64,000 bases of DNA from Candidatus Binatia bacterium (GCA_963664395.2 OY761159.2:4640001-4704000); one strand, 5' to 3'; counted from the stretch's first letter, positions 1 through 10,878 are shown. The notes: generated by a model from the letters alone, not told the origin. Numbers and translations: made by a program.

Positions 1-481
1 AGAGAGAATCGGGGTGGGCTTTTACCAAAATGCTGTAGAAATGGCGGGCAAGAATATCGCTGAGGAGTATCCCCCACAGCCATTCAACCCGATCTCGCGA
101 TTTGAACAATCGCGCCTGATAGCGGAACATATCTTTGAGCTGACGGACTTCAAGCGGGCGCTGATTCAGAGTGTTATAGAATCGAGTCAATATATCGAAA
201 TGCCGGGCTTCGTCCAAAAGAAAGGTCGAGAGATAGAGTTGGGCTTCTGTCTCATGGGCGGCAAAACACTGCGGGATGGTCGAGCTGGCACCGATCATAG
301 CCGTTTGCTCCCCCAGATAGATGGGGGTCAGCACCATAGCTAAAGCGCGCTGTTCGTGACGGTCGAGGGACAACGGCTGCGTCCAGTCAATTTCAGCCGC
401 TGACCACTGGCCCTCAACGCCCTTCCGAAACAGGTCCATGAGCTTGGCGTTCTCGATGCGGGGAAAAACCCGAATCACCAT
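1..481 (-). CDS. Ferritin-like (di-iron carboxylate) domain protein, runs off the window start; absent from the ORF track
   Basis: Manual translation from ATG at 481 (GGAGAG upstream): MVIRVFPRIENAKLMDLFRKGVEGQWSAAEIDWTQ...YLGEQTA...FLLDEARHF; the W..IDW and E..DExRH pattern is typical of ferritin-like di-iron proteins; no stop before base 1. Confidence 0.75.
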   Translation of the reverse strand, partial: MVIRVFPRIENAKLMDLFRKGVEGQWSAAEIDWTQPLSLDRHEQRALAMVLTPIYLGEQTAMIGASSTIPQCFAAHETEAQLYLSTFLLDEARHFDILTRFYNTLNQRPLEVRQLKDMFRYQARLFKSRDRVEWLWGILLSDILARHFYSILVKAHPDSL

Positions 482-653
482 CCCCAACCCCTCTCCATTG
501 CCTGACGTGAGGCAGCACCATAGCAACCCCTCCCCTAGTACTCAAGTAAACGCCTGAGCAGGAAGTTTGGTATTCGATATCGCCGCGTGCGTCCGACAGG
601 TATCGGAACGGCAGATATAAACGATTTCTCAATGTGGTTTTGGCAATACAGCC

Positions 654-2123
654 CTACAGCGGCTTCGCTACACACTCGGCAAACACCGCCTCAGCTGCGG
701 CTTCTCCACTCCGCACGCAGTCGGCAAGACCAACGCCGCGATAGGCGTTGCCGGCAAGCGCCAGACCTGGATGCTCGGCCACCCGTTTTTCAATCTCACC
801 AACGAGCTGAAGATGGCCGACGCGATACTGCGGCATGGAGCGCGGATAGCGGGCAATGCGGGTCAGGAGGGGTTCGGCTTCAATCCCAAGCAACTGTTGC
901 AGTTCACTGCGTACCAGAGCGCGGATTTCAGCATCATCGCGCTCAAACAGCTCCGCCTGAAGTGCGCCACCAACAAACGTTCGTAACAGGGCATGATCGC
1001 TCGGAGATCGTCCGGAATATTTCACGCTCGAAAAAGTCCCGGCAATAATCGAACGCCGCTCCACTCGTGGCACCACAAAACCAAAACCGTTCAGCGGATG
1101 GGGAATCTGGTCCCGACGATAGGCCATATTCACCGTTGCTGCGGAGCTGTAGGTGATGCAGGAGAGTTGCTGACTCAAGGACCGATCAAGCGCGCACACA
1201 AGATGCGCCGCAGCAAAGGCTGGCGTCGCCAGCACGAGGCCATCGGCCTGGAGGGTTGAGCCGTCGTCACATTCTACGTTCCAGCGTGAGCCGTTCGCGT
1301 TTTCAGGCTGATAGCGGACACTCGTCGCAGGACAACTCTGGCGAATGGTTCCTGATGAGAGCCGTTCGGTTAGGACAGAAACGAGGCGCTGCATTCCGGT
1401 TTGCAGGGTCACAAACAAACTCCAGCGCGCCCCACTCGTTCCCTTGGCCGTCTGAGGATTACGGCGAGCTGCCCGCCAGAGCGCATAAATCACGCTCCGA
1501 TAGTCACGCTCCATTTGAAGAAAACGAGGCATGGTCGCAGCAAGGCTGAGTTGGTCGGGGTCAGCCGTATATATGCCGCCGATTAGGGGTTGAGCAATGC
1601 GTTCGAGCGCTTCTCGGCCAAGGCGACGGCGTACAAACGAGCCAAGGCTCTCATCCGCTTGTTCCGACGCCCGGGGCAGGAGCAGGTCGAGCGCCATGCG
1701 AAATTTCCCCGACCAGGAAAAAATACGGGATTGGATCAAAGGACCAAGCTGGGTGGGCGCTAATAGCATGAACCCCTGCGGCAGTGGCTCAAGCCTCCCC
1801 TTGTGCACCACAAATGTGGCCCGATGCGCGTTGTTAGTGCCCATCAGTTCGGGCTCAAGACCAAGACGGCGACACAGGGCCAAGGCCCAAGGTTTTTCCG
1901 AAATAAATGAGTCCGGGCCGAGTTCAAGCAGAAAATCGTCTCGCTGCTCTGTTGCAATGACTCCGCCTAGCCGATCGCTGGATTCAAGCACTGTAAATCG
2001 AAGCGGCTGATCACGCTCCCGGCTTAATTCTTCGAGTTTGTACGCAGCGGCCAGACCGGTAATACCACCACCAACGATCACAATATGGAGAACCGGACTG
2101 CTGTCCGATGGAGAAAGAGACAT
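654..2123 (-). CDS. hemY: Coproporphyrinogen III / protoporphyrinogen oxidase (HemY type)
   Basis: GGGITGLAAA FAD-binding motif, ELGPDSF, GFGFVVP, MPQYRVGH; third gene of a hemE-hemH-hemY run. Confidence 0.93.
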   Translation of the reverse strand: MSLSPSDSSPVLHIVIVGGGITGLAAAYKLEELSRERDQPLRFTVLESSDRLGGVIATEQRDDFLLELGPDSFISEKPWALALCRRLGLEPELMGTNNAHRATFVVHKGRLEPLPQGFMLLAPTQLGPLIQSRIFSWSGKFRMALDLLLPRASEQADESLGSFVRRRLGREALERIAQPLIGGIYTADPDQLSLAATMPRFLQMERDYRSVIYALWRAARRNPQTAKGTSGARWSLFVTLQTGMQRLVSVLTERLSSGTIRQSCPATSVRYQPENANGSRWNVECDDGSTLQADGLVLATPAFAAAHLVCALDRSLSQQLSCITYSSAATVNMAYRRDQIPHPLNGFGFVVPRVERRSIIAGTFSSVKYSGRSPSDHALLRTFVGGALQAELFERDDAEIRALVRSELQQLLGIEAEPLLTRIARYPRSMPQYRVGHLQLVGEIEKRVAEHPGLALAGNAYRGVGLADCVRSGEAAAEAVFAECVAKPL

Positions 2124-2142
2124 GCGCGGAAGTTTCTACAGC

Positions 2143-3075
2143 CTATTGATTCAGGGTTGATTGGACCACCTCAGCTATCATCTGAATAAAAATTGGATGA
2201 TCGTTGACGGTCCGGGCACGGATCATATTGAGTCCGTTCCGTTCGGCAATCTCCTTCGCTTCCGTATCCAGATCATATAGAACTTCGATATGGTCACACA
2301 CGAATCCAATAGGCACGACGACCACATCTTGAGTTCCCTGCGCAGCCAGGCTCTTGAGCACATCGCCGATATCCGGCTCCAGCCACGGCGCTTGGGGTGG
2401 GCCGCTCCGACTTTGATAGGCAACACACCAGTTTTCGAGTCCAATGCGCTCGGCGACTAAGCGTGCGCCTTCTTCGACTTGTCGGACGTAGGCGGCGGAG
2501 GCTTGGGTACTGGGCATGGCCGTCGGTATACTGTGCGCGGTAAATACCAAAGGCGTTGCAGCACGGCGGTCTGCCGGGATATGCGAAAACGCCTGCTTTG
2601 TCAGATCGGCAACCGCGTGAATGAATAAGGGGTGATTATGCCAGCCAGGGGTGAAGGTAACGTGGGGAGCAAGAGACCCTACAGTTTCTCTCGCCTCTTC
2701 CACATTCGTCTTATACCGCTCCCAGCCGGCCTCGCTTTGCTGAGCGGAAAGAATGAAGCCAACGGCATTTTTCACTCCATCCTTCCCCATCTGTTCCAGA
2801 GTCTCGCCTATATAGGGATGCCAGTTTCGCATGCCAACATACACCGGCAGTTGGGGACCTTCTTGCGCCAAGAGGCGTCGGAGTGCCTGCGCTTGTCGAA
2901 AGGTGATCTCGTTCAAAGGCGAGCGTCCGTCAAAAAGCTCGTAGTGTCGGACGACTTCTTGCAGTCGGGCTGGCGGCACCGGACGACCGCGCAGGACATT
3001 TGCCAAAAAGGGCCGCACGTCATCCATTTTCTCCGGCCCGCCAAAGGCGATCAGCAAAACTGCATCGTATTGCAT
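2143..3075 (-). CDS. hemH: Ferrochelatase (copro- or protoporphyrin)
   Basis: FGGPE, VGMRNWHPY, VFTAHSIP, YQSRSGP..WLEP, GFVCDHIEVLYDLD; start moved to ATG 3075. Confidence 0.95.
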   Translation of the reverse strand: MQYDAVLLIAFGGPEKMDDVRPFLANVLRGRPVPPARLQEVVRHYELFDGRSPLNEITFRQAQALRRLLAQEGPQLPVYVGMRNWHPYIGETLEQMGKDGVKNAVGFILSAQQSEAGWERYKTNVEEARETVGSLAPHVTFTPGWHNHPLFIHAVADLTKQAFSHIPADRRAATPLVFTAHSIPTAMPSTQASAAYVRQVEEGARLVAERIGLENWCVAYQSRSGPPQAPWLEPDIGDVLKSLAAQGTQDVVVVPIGFVCDHIEVLYDLDTEAKEIAERNGLNMIRARTVNDHPIFIQMIAEVVQSTLNQ

Positions 3076-3103
3076 ATGAAGTAAAGCGTAAAATCTGACC
3101 CGT

Positions 3104-4138
3104 TCACGTTTCACGGCTAGAGAGCTCGTGCACCATGTCGACCAGCGCAATCACATTATCAACTGGAGTTTGCGGCAAAATTCCGTGACCCAGGTTGAAG
3201 ATGTGCCCTGCCCTGCCCTTGGCCTCGTCCAGGATACGTTGCACTTGCTTGCGTAGTTCATCCAGTGGAGCAAAAAGAGCCAATGGATCAAGATTCCCCT
3301 GCACTGCCCGATCTGCACCGATCCGCCGCCACGCGGCCTCAAGATCAACCCGCCAGTCTACACCAATCACATCCCCGCCCGCTTCGGCCAGAAGCTCCAG
3401 CAGGCCGGCTGTTCCCGTACCAAAATGGATGAGAGGGATGCCCGGCGTAATCCCTTGGACGAGCGTCTGCATATGGGGCAACAAATAGGTTCGATAGTCC
3501 TGGGGGGCCAGACAGCCTACCCATGAGTCAAAGAGCTGAATGGCCTGCGCACCTGCGGTAATCTGGCCATTCACATAGGCGGTGATCACACGAACCAGAT
3601 GCTCCATGAGCGCGTTCCAGGCAGCCGGCTCCTGGTACATGAGGCGCTTGGTTTCCAGATACTGACGTGACGCTCCGCCCTCAATCAAATACGACGCGAG
3701 GGTGAAAGGCGCGCCTGAGAAACCGATCAAGGGGATGTGACTCGGTAAGCCACGGCGAATCTGCCGGACTGCCTCAAACACAAAAGGGACCGACTCTCCC
3801 GGCGGAACCTCTCTAAGAGAGTCAATATCTTTTCCTGAACGAACAGGACGGTGGATGACCGGCCCATCACCTTGGGCAAACTCCAGCCCAACGCCCATTG
3901 GCTCAATAACGAGGAGGATATCGGAAAAAAGAATGGCCGCATCCACGCCGAGGCGTTCAACCGCTTCGATCGTCACTTGCGCGGCTAAATCGGGGGTCTT
4001 GCACAATGCGAGAAACGGGACGCGTTCGCGTAACGCCCGATATTCGGCCATATACCGCCCAGCCTGTCGCATGAGCCATACGGGGGTATGCGGGGTCGGC
4101 TCCCCCCGGCAGGCACGTAGAAAAACCGGCGTCTCCAT
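3104..4138 (-). CDS. hemE: Uroporphyrinogen decarboxylase
   Basis: PVWLMRQAGRYMAEYR, FSDIL, QGNLDP, HIFNLGHG. Confidence 0.97.
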   Translation of the reverse strand: METPVFLRACRGEPTPHTPVWLMRQAGRYMAEYRALRERVPFLALCKTPDLAAQVTIEAVERLGVDAAILFSDILLVIEPMGVGLEFAQGDGPVIHRPVRSGKDIDSLREVPPGESVPFVFEAVRQIRRGLPSHIPLIGFSGAPFTLASYLIEGGASRQYLETKRLMYQEPAAWNALMEHLVRVITAYVNGQITAGAQAIQLFDSWVGCLAPQDYRTYLLPHMQTLVQGITPGIPLIHFGTGTAGLLELLAEAGGDVIGVDWRVDLEAAWRRIGADRAVQGNLDPLALFAPLDELRKQVQRILDEAKGRAGHIFNLGHGILPQTPVDNVIALVDMVHELSSRET

Positions 4139-4241
4139 GACTGGCTAAACTACCACATGGTCGAAGGACAGCAGAAGCCCCGCTCCTCTTGCTGTCCGCT
4201 CCATGCTTCGGATACAAAACAAGAGAAAAAGGAGTGGAGCT

Positions 4242-5105
4242 ATGACGGACACAGGCACCCATCATGTGGCAACGGTGAATGGATTTCGGATGCACTACAT
4301 TATTGCCGGCTCAGGCTACCCCTTAGTTTTTGTCCACGGCTGGCCGCAGAGCTGTTATGAGTGGCACAAGATTATTGGTCCTCTGTCGGAGCAGTTCACG
4401 GTCATCACACCCGACTTGCGTGGCTTGGGAGATTCCGAGCGCCCCCTGAGCGGGTATGACAAACGCACCCTGGCTTCAGACGTGTATGAACTCGTCACCT
4501 CACTCGGCTTTGAGAAAATCGGACTGACCGGCCATGACTGGGGCGGCGCGGTCTCGTATTATTTTGCCTACGATCACCCGGAAATGGTCGAGCGGCTGAT
4601 GATACTGGATATGATTCCCGGCCTGGGCCGCACAGGCGAAAAGATGGATATCGCAGTTGCCCAGCGACTCTGGCACGTCTTCTTTCACGCCGGTATGCCC
4701 GACTTGGCCGAAAAGCTGGTGAGTAATAATGTCGAAACCTATTTGCGTCATTTCTATAATTCAACCGTCTACAACTATAGCCCGCAGGTGTTCACAGACG
4801 AGGATGTCGCCGAATACGTCCGGGTCTATTCCGCGCCAGGAGCGCTGCGCGCCGGGTTCCAGTATTACCGCACGGGCATTAACGAAGACTTGGAGAGCCT
4901 GAGCGCGTGTACTGAAAAACTCAAAATGCCGGTCCGAGCCTGGGGCGGCCAGACCTTTCTGGGTGACCTCGTCCCCATTTGGCAAGGAGTGGCAGAAAAC
5001 GTGACAGGCGGCCAGGTAGAAGAGTGCGGCCACTTTATTGCGGAAGAAAAGCCGGATTTTGTCATTGCCCAAGCCCAGGAGTTTTTTGGTCCTTTACAAG
5101 AATGA
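4242..5105 (+). CDS. Alpha/beta hydrolase, epoxide hydrolase / haloacetate dehalogenase-like
   Basis: HGWP, DLRGLGDS, GHDWGG nucleophile motif, C-terminal GHF; ATG 4242 preceded by GGAG. Confidence 0.88.
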   Translation: MTDTGTHHVATVNGFRMHYIIAGSGYPLVFVHGWPQSCYEWHKIIGPLSEQFTVITPDLRGLGDSERPLSGYDKRTLASDVYELVTSLGFEKIGLTGHDWGGAVSYYFAYDHPEMVERLMILDMIPGLGRTGEKMDIAVAQRLWHVFFHAGMPDLAEKLVSNNVETYLRHFYNSTVYNYSPQVFTDEDVAEYVRVYSAPGALRAGFQYYRTGINEDLESLSACTEKLKMPVRAWGGQTFLGDLVPIWQGVAENVTGGQVEECGHFIAEEKPDFVIAQAQEFFGPLQE

Positions 5106-5146
5106 ATGCAGGGTGAGCGGGATTTCCCGTCGGTCGTTGGAACCGT

Positions 5147-5174
5147 TTGAAGATGGTTCGACTTCGCCTATAAT
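5147..5174 (+). promoter_or_regulatory. Putative sigma70 promoter of the topoisomerase operon
   Basis: TTGAAG-N16-TATAAT, followed by GGAGG and ATG 5196. Confidence 0.5.
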
Positions 5175-5195
5175 CCGGTTGGTGGAGGTGGATGT

Positions 5196-7580
5196 ATGAA
5201 AGAAGCGGCGGTGGCGGAAAAAATTCTTACCACAGACCTCGGGGTTGAAGCGGAAGCCCGCTATCTCAATTACGCGCTCAGTGTTATTACCTCACGGGCC
5301 CTGCCCGATATTCGTGACGGTCTCAAGCCGGTACAGCGGCGGCTGCTGTACGCCATGCACCAGAACCTGCATCTTGGTGGCGATGCCCGGCCCCGTAAAT
5401 CGGCAGCTGTTGTGGGTGAAGTCCTGGGCAAATACCATCCGCATGGAGACCAGGCCGCCTACGATGCCATGGTTCGCTTGGCGCAGCCGTTCTCGCTCCG
5501 CTATCCGCTGGTTCAGGGGGAAGGAAATTTCGGCTCGCTCGATGGCGATAGTGCGGCGGCCATGCGCTACACCGAGGCCAAGCTCGCGCCCTTATCCGAA
5601 GAGCTGTTCCGTGACCTGCGCGGCGCGACCATTCCGTACCGTCCCAACTATGACGCCACTCTGAATGAGCCGGTCGTCCTCCCGTCCGGTATTCCCCAAC
5701 TCCTGCTCAACGGAGCGAGCGGCATTGCCGTTGGTATGGCTACCAGTATTCCGCCGCATAACTTTACAGAAGTAATCAAGGCCCTGCTGGCAATGATTGA
5801 TGACCCGACACTGACCAGCGCTGGATTGCTCAAACATATCAAAGGCCCGGACTTTCCAACCGGCGGTGAGATACTTACCAGTAAGCACGAGCTGCGAGAT
5901 ATCTACGAAAAGGGCCAAGGGACGATCAAACTGCGCGGAGAATGGAAGGTTGAGGACCTGCCCCGCGGGAAGCGTCAGGTCATCGTGACCTCCCTGCCGT
6001 ATACCGTCAACAAGGCCCAATTGGTGGAAAAGATCGCCGAATTCGTCAGCAGCCGAAAAATCCCGCAAGTCGTCGATGTCCGGGACGAATCGACAGACGA
6101 TATTCGTATTGTCCTTGAGCTCAAAGGCAACACCTCAGATGAGCTCGCCATGGCGTATTTGTGTCGCCATACGACGCTGCAAACGTCCTTTTCCGTCAAC
6201 CTGACCTGTCTGATTCCGACCGACAACCCGGAAGTCGGGCAACCCCGGCGCGCCACGTTGTCCGACCTGTGCCGACATTTCCTGGACTTCCGTTTTGAGG
6301 TGGTCACCAAACGCTTTGAACATGAGTTGAGCGAGTTGGAAGCCCGCCTGCATATCCTTGCCGGGCTGGCCCTGATTGCCGACCGGCTCGACACCGTCAT
6401 CCGCCTCATCCGGAACGCGACCTCGCGCAAAGACGCGCGTGAAAAACTTCGGCAGAGTTTTCAATTGGACGAGACGCAGGCCGACGCCATCCTCGATATT
6501 CGCCTCTACCAGCTCGCCCGCTTGGAAGTCGAAAAAATTCAGACCGAACGCCAGGAGAAAGAAACCCGCGCCCAGGAGTTGCGCCGGTTGTTGAGCAGTG
6601 AAAGCCAGCGCTGGACGATCATACGGGACGAACTGGAAGCGCTGGGCAAGCAGTATGGCGACCGACGCCGGACGGCCCTGCGCGCGGGCGAACAGCTCAA
6701 TTACGACCCCGACGCCTATATCGTCCATGAGGAAGCTACGGTCGTCCTCAGCCGCGACGGCTGGATTAAGCGGGTCAGAGAACTCAAGGACCCAACCAGT
6801 ACCCGGCTGCGTGAAGGTGACGACATCAAGGCCGTTCTTCAGGGCACAACCCGTGATCGCCTGGCCGTTTTCACCAACCGGGGTATGCTCTACGTCATAC
6901 GCATTAACACCGTGACGGCGACCACCGGCTATGGAGAACCCATCCAGACCCTGTTCAATTTTCAGGATGGCGAACAGATTGTGACAGTCCGCCTTATCCG
7001 CGACCGCCCGTCGGGAAGCCCGGCCCAAGAGAACGGGACGGGCGCGGCCAAGCCGGGCCAGACCGACCTATTTGCGCCCCCGGCTTCCCCCCAGGTGGCT
7101 GGCGAGCGGGAACCGGCCCTGCTCCTGGCGACGGCCAAGGGCCTGGGGTTTCGTTTTGAGCCCAGTGTCGAAGAAACCACCCGTAACGGGAGAAAAATTG
7201 CCCGTTTGGCCGCAGACGACGCCGTTATTACCGTCCAACCGGTGCGCGGCGGCCGGACGGTGTGTGCCACCGCGTCCGGGTATATCTTGGCCTTTCCAAC
7301 CCAAGATATTGCCGAATTATCCGGAGCCGGACGCGGAGTTATTCTCATGCGCCTGGAGCAAGACGACCGTTTGGTTGGGGCGGTCACAAACGAACCCGGC
7401 GCGGGTGTGACCGTTATCAATACAGACGGGAAAGAGCGGAAAATCCCACTGCGGGAGATTCCGTTAGGCAAACGGGCCGGAAAGGGCCGGCGAGTAGTCA
7501 AACGATCGGTGCTGGTGGGGATGCAGCAAAACGGCGCCCGGCGCGGCGCAAATGGTGGAGTGGAGGAGGCTGAGGCGTAA
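5196..7580 (+). CDS. parC: Type IIA topoisomerase subunit A (ParC-like rather than GyrA)
   Basis: [29 protein letters not shown] catalytic Tyr; degenerate C-terminal pinwheel without a clear GyrA-box. Confidence 0.8.
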   Translation: MKEAAVAEKILTTDLGVEAEARYLNYALSVITSRALPDIRDGLKPVQRRLLYAMHQNLHLGGDARPRKSAAVVGEVLGKYHPHGDQAAYDAMVRLAQPFSLRYPLVQGEGNFGSLDGDSAAAMRYTEAKLAPLSEELFRDLRGATIPYRPNYDATLNEPVVLPSGIPQLLLNGASGIAVGMATSIPPHNFTEVIKALLAMIDDPTLTSAGLLKHIKGPDFPTGGEILTSKHELRDIYEKGQGTIKLRGEWKVEDLPRGKRQVIVTSLPYTVNKAQLVEKIAEFVSSRKIPQVVDVRDESTDDIRIVLELKGNTSDELAMAYLCRHTTLQTSFSVNLTCLIPTDNPEVGQPRRATLSDLCRHFLDFRFEVVTKRFEHELSELEARLHILAGLALIADRLDTVIRLIRNATSRKDAREKLRQSFQLDETQADAILDIRLYQLARLEVEKIQTERQEKETRAQELRRLLSSESQRWTIIRDELEALGKQYGDRRRTALRAGEQLNYDPDAYIVHEEATVVLSRDGWIKRVRELKDPTSTRLREGDDIKAVLQGTTRDRLAVFTNRGMLYVIRINTVTATTGYGEPIQTLFNFQDGEQIVTVRLIRDRPSGSPAQENGTGAAKPGQTDLFAPPASPQVAGEREPALLLATAKGLGFRFEPSVEETTRNGRKIARLAADDAVITVQPVRGGRTVCATASGYILAFPTQDIAELSGAGRGVILMRLEQDDRLVGAVTNEPGAGVTVINTDGKERKIPLREIPLGKRAGKGRRVVKRSVLVGMQQNGARRGANGGVEEAEA

Positions 7581-7581
7581 T

Positions 7582-9498
7582 ATGGCAGTGCAAAAGCAAG
7601 CCTACACGGCAAAAGATATTACCGTTCTTGAGGGTCTCGACCCGGTTCGCAAACGACCCGGCATGTATATCGGCGGGGTTGATAGTACGGGGCTGCATCA
7701 CCTCGTCTGGGAACTCCTGGATAATGCGGTGGATGAAGCCATGAACGGCCATGCCAGTCGTATTGAAGTGAGCCTGCATACAGACGGCTCAAGCGTGACC
7801 GTGGCTGACAACGGGCGCGGGATTCCAGTAGACCTGCACCCGCAGTTCAAGAAGCCCGCGCTGGAGCTTATTCTGACTACCCTGCATGCAGGCGGGAAAT
7901 TTGGAGATCAGAATTACGCCCACTCTGGAGGTCTGCACGGAGTGGGGGCTTCCGTAGTCAACGCGCTGGCCGACCGCATGGTGGCCCGTATCCGCCGGGA
8001 TGGGGTGGAGTGGGAACAATGCTTTAGCCGCGGCAAAGCAACAACAAAGCTCAAACAAATTGGTGAGGCGCGTGGCCATGGCAGCACACTCACCTTTCAC
8101 CCCGACCCTGATATTTTTCCGTCTATTACGTTCACACCCGAGCGCATTGCCGAAAGATTGGAAGCCAAAGCCTATCTTCACAAAGGTCTGATACTGGTCT
8201 TTCGGAACGAGACAACCGGGCAAACGCAGCAGTTCCTGTATAAGGACGGCCTCAAAGCCTATCTCAATAAACTGCTCGCCGACGGTGAAAAAAAGGCCGT
8301 TATTCAGGATGTCTTCCATATCGAACGCGCCGCCTCGCCTCCCCTGGAGTGCGTGCTGACGTGGACGGAATCACCGGAAGAGCGCATCCACTCGTTTGTG
8401 AACGGCATCCCAACTCCTTTCGGCGGCACGCATGAAACCGGCTTAAAGACCGCCATTGTGAAGGCAGTTCGCAATTACATCAACGTCAACAACCTGACGC
8501 CCAAAGGGATGAACATTACCGCCGACGACACGCGCGAAGGGCTTGTTGCCATCCTCAGCCTGTATCTCAAACACCCTCAGTTTCAGGGCCAGACCAAAGA
8601 AAAACTCGGCAACCCGGAAACAACAGCGCAAATTGACAACCTGATCCGGACCTCCTTGGAAAATTTTCTGCTCAATAATCGCTCCCAGGCGGAGACGATT
8701 GCCCAGCGGGTGATACTGGCTGCGCGCGCGCGGTCTGCCTCACGCGCGGCTTTGGAAAGCGTGCGGAGTAAGGGGGCGGTCTCACATCGTCTGAACCTGC
8801 CCGGCAAGCTTGCCGACTGTTCCTCAACCAGCCCGGAGAAAAGCGAACTCTTCATCGTTGAGGGAGATTCTGCTGGTGGCTCAGCCAAGCAGGGCCGAGA
8901 TCGGGGCTTTCAAGCCATTCTGCCTCTGCGCGGCAAGGTTTTGAATACGGAACAGGCCTCGCTCAATAAAATCCTGACCAATAAAGAATTAAACGATCTT
9001 GTGTCGGCCTTGGGCTGCGGCGTGGGCAAGACGTTTGATCTGTCCAAGATCCGCTATCACAAAGTCTGTCTTTTGATGGACGCTGATTCGGACGGCAACC
9101 ATATTTGCACGCTCCTGCTGACTTTTTTCTACCTTTATCTGCCTGAACTGATTCAGGCCGGCTATGTCTATATTGCCAAGCCGCCGCTGTATAAAATCGA
9201 GATCGGCAAGGAAGTCTATTGGGCAGACGATGACGCAGACAAAGAACGCCTGCTGGCCCAGCAAAATGGACATGCCGGCAAGGCTCAAGTCCAGCGTTTT
9301 AAGGGCTTAGGTGAGATGAATCCGCGTACGCTCAAAGAAACAACACTCGACCCACGCACGCGCACCTTACTCCAGGTCTCTAATCACGATGACGAGCGAA
9401 CGAAAAAAGCCATCCAAACGCTGATGGGCAAAGATGTCCAGCCGCGCTTCAGCTTTATCATGGAGCGTGCCCCTAAGGTTGAAGAAGTAGACGTCTAG
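7582..9498 (+). CDS. parE: Type IIA topoisomerase subunit B (ParE-like)
   Basis: VRKRPGMYIG, DNGRGIP, GGLHGVG, EGDSAGG, PLRGK, DADSDG, RFKGLGEM; ATG 7582 follows the subunit A stop. Confidence 0.82.
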   Translation: MAVQKQAYTAKDITVLEGLDPVRKRPGMYIGGVDSTGLHHLVWELLDNAVDEAMNGHASRIEVSLHTDGSSVTVADNGRGIPVDLHPQFKKPALELILTTLHAGGKFGDQNYAHSGGLHGVGASVVNALADRMVARIRRDGVEWEQCFSRGKATTKLKQIGEARGHGSTLTFHPDPDIFPSITFTPERIAERLEAKAYLHKGLILVFRNETTGQTQQFLYKDGLKAYLNKLLADGEKKAVIQDVFHIERAASPPLECVLTWTESPEERIHSFVNGIPTPFGGTHETGLKTAIVKAVRNYINVNNLTPKGMNITADDTREGLVAILSLYLKHPQFQGQTKEKLGNPETTAQIDNLIRTSLENFLLNNRSQAETIAQRVILAARARSASRAALESVRSKGAVSHRLNLPGKLADCSSTSPEKSELFIVEGDSAGGSAKQGRDRGFQAILPLRGKVLNTEQASLNKILTNKELNDLVSALGCGVGKTFDLSKIRYHKVCLLMDADSDGNHICTLLLTFFYLYLPELIQAGYVYIAKPPLYKIEIGKEVYWADDDADKERLLAQQNGHAGKAQVQRFKGLGEMNPRTLKETTLDPRTRTLLQVSNHDDERTKKAIQTLMGKDVQPRFSFIMERAPKVEEVDV

Positions 9499-9503
9499 AT
9501 TTC

Positions 9504-9980
9504 ATGTCCAAGCGTCATCCCAGCCTGGTCTCCCTCTCGCGGGAGCATCATCACGGCCTCCTTCTCGCGTTCCGCATCAAACACGGGCTACCCAAAACGC
9601 GCCGGCCACACGACAGTCCGCAAGAGCAAGCGGCCGATACGGCGCACTTTTTCAAGAGCGGTTTGGCACCCCATTTTGCTGCAGAAGCCGATATCCTCTT
9701 TCCAGCGATTCGGGCCATGCAGCCTCAAGCGTCCGCCCTACTCGACCGGCTCATTCAAGAACATGCGGCCATGCGGGAGTTCGTGCACCAGATTGACCAG
9801 CAGTCTCCTGACGGGCCACAGTTGACGGAATTACTGATGTCATTTGGCACACTCTTAGAGCGGCATATTCGATGTGAAGAACGCGATCTTTTTCCGGTGT
9901 ACGAGGCGCACGTCTCTGAAGCCGAGGCGACCCGGATAGAACGAGCAATCTTCCGGGTGATCGGCGACGGTCTTGCTTGA
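9504..9980 (+). CDS. Hemerythrin-like (HHE cation-binding) domain protein
   Basis: MSKRHPSLVSLSREHHHGL, HF..E..ILFP, EH, HIRCEERDLFP. Confidence 0.8.
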   Translation: MSKRHPSLVSLSREHHHGLLLAFRIKHGLPKTRRPHDSPQEQAADTAHFFKSGLAPHFAAEADILFPAIRAMQPQASALLDRLIQEHAAMREFVHQIDQQSPDGPQLTELLMSFGTLLERHIRCEERDLFPVYEAHVSEAEATRIERAIFRVIGDGLA

Positions 9981-10055
9981 CAGTCGGAGTCACAACCGGA
10001 TAGGGGAAGCAGGAGCAGGTACGAGCGAATCTCAGGAATACGAGGAGGGCAAAGT

Positions 10056-10451
10056 ATGGAGTTCTTACACACCATGATCCGGGTCAACGATTTGGACGAG
10101 TCGCTTAAATTCTACTGCGAGGGGCTGGGCATGAAGCTGCTGCGCAAACAAGACTATCCAGGCGGTGAGTTTACTTTGGCTTTTGTTGGGTACGGTGACG
10201 AGAAGAATAATACCGTCGTCGAACTCACGCATAACTGGGGCACGTCAAGTTATGACCAAGGGAGCGCATTCGGGCATCTGGCTATCGGCGTAGATGATAT
10301 TTATGGGACCTGCGACGAGCTCAAAGGGAAGGGGATCAACGTGGTGCGCGAGCCCGGCCCCATGGCGCACGGCGGCGCGGTTATCGCCTTTATTGAAGAT
10401 CCGAATGGTTACAAGGTCGAACTGATCGATCTCAAAGGCACCCGCGGATAG
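10056..10451 (+). CDS. gloA: Lactoylglutathione lyase (glyoxalase I)
   Basis: LHTMIRV, ELTHNW, FGHLAIGVDD, FIEDPNGYKVELI. Confidence 0.95.
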   Translation: MEFLHTMIRVNDLDESLKFYCEGLGMKLLRKQDYPGGEFTLAFVGYGDEKNNTVVELTHNWGTSSYDQGSAFGHLAIGVDDIYGTCDELKGKGINVVREPGPMAHGGAVIAFIEDPNGYKVELIDLKGTRG

Positions 10452-10485
10452 GAAAAGTCTCTTTACCACGAATAAGGAGTTCCCA

Positions 10486-10878
10486 GTGCTACAAGCAGCA
10501 AAAGACTCAATTGACGTTGGTATTTTTGTCAAAGACATCAGCACCATGCTCGATTTTTACCAGGGCACGCTGGGTCTGGAAAAGACCGAGGAGGTGCCGA
10601 CCGCCTTTGGCACCATCCATCGCTTCCGGCATGGGACGAGTGACATCAAGCTCATGGACCCCAAAGAAGTACCACCGGCCGCGCCAAACGGTTTTGGCAA
10701 ACGCCTGGGCATAGGCTATCTCACCTTTGTGATCAAAGACCTGAGTGGGCTGTGTGCCGCACTCAAGGACAAAGGGGCTGAGTTCACCATTCCGGAAACC
10801 GAAATCCGCCCTGGCACCCGCATCGCCATGATCAAGGACCCCGAGGGCAATATTCTGGAGTTTGTCGAACGCGGCTAA
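10486..10878 (+). CDS. VOC / glyoxalase superfamily protein
   Basis: DFYQGTLGL and KDPEGNILEFVE; GGAG before the GTG start. Confidence 0.85.
   Translation: MLQAAKDSIDVGIFVKDISTMLDFYQGTLGLEKTEEVPTAFGTIHRFRHGTSDIKLMDPKEVPPAAPNGFGKRLGIGYLTFVIKDLSGLCAALKDKGAEFTIPETEIRPGTRIAMIKDPEGNILEFVERG

Noticed and set aside
14-343. Plus-strand 109-aa ORF in the track
   Set aside because: Antisense shadow of the ferritin-like CDS on the minus strand
6135-7028. 297-aa antisense ORF
   Set aside because: Shadow of GC-rich parC; no motifs
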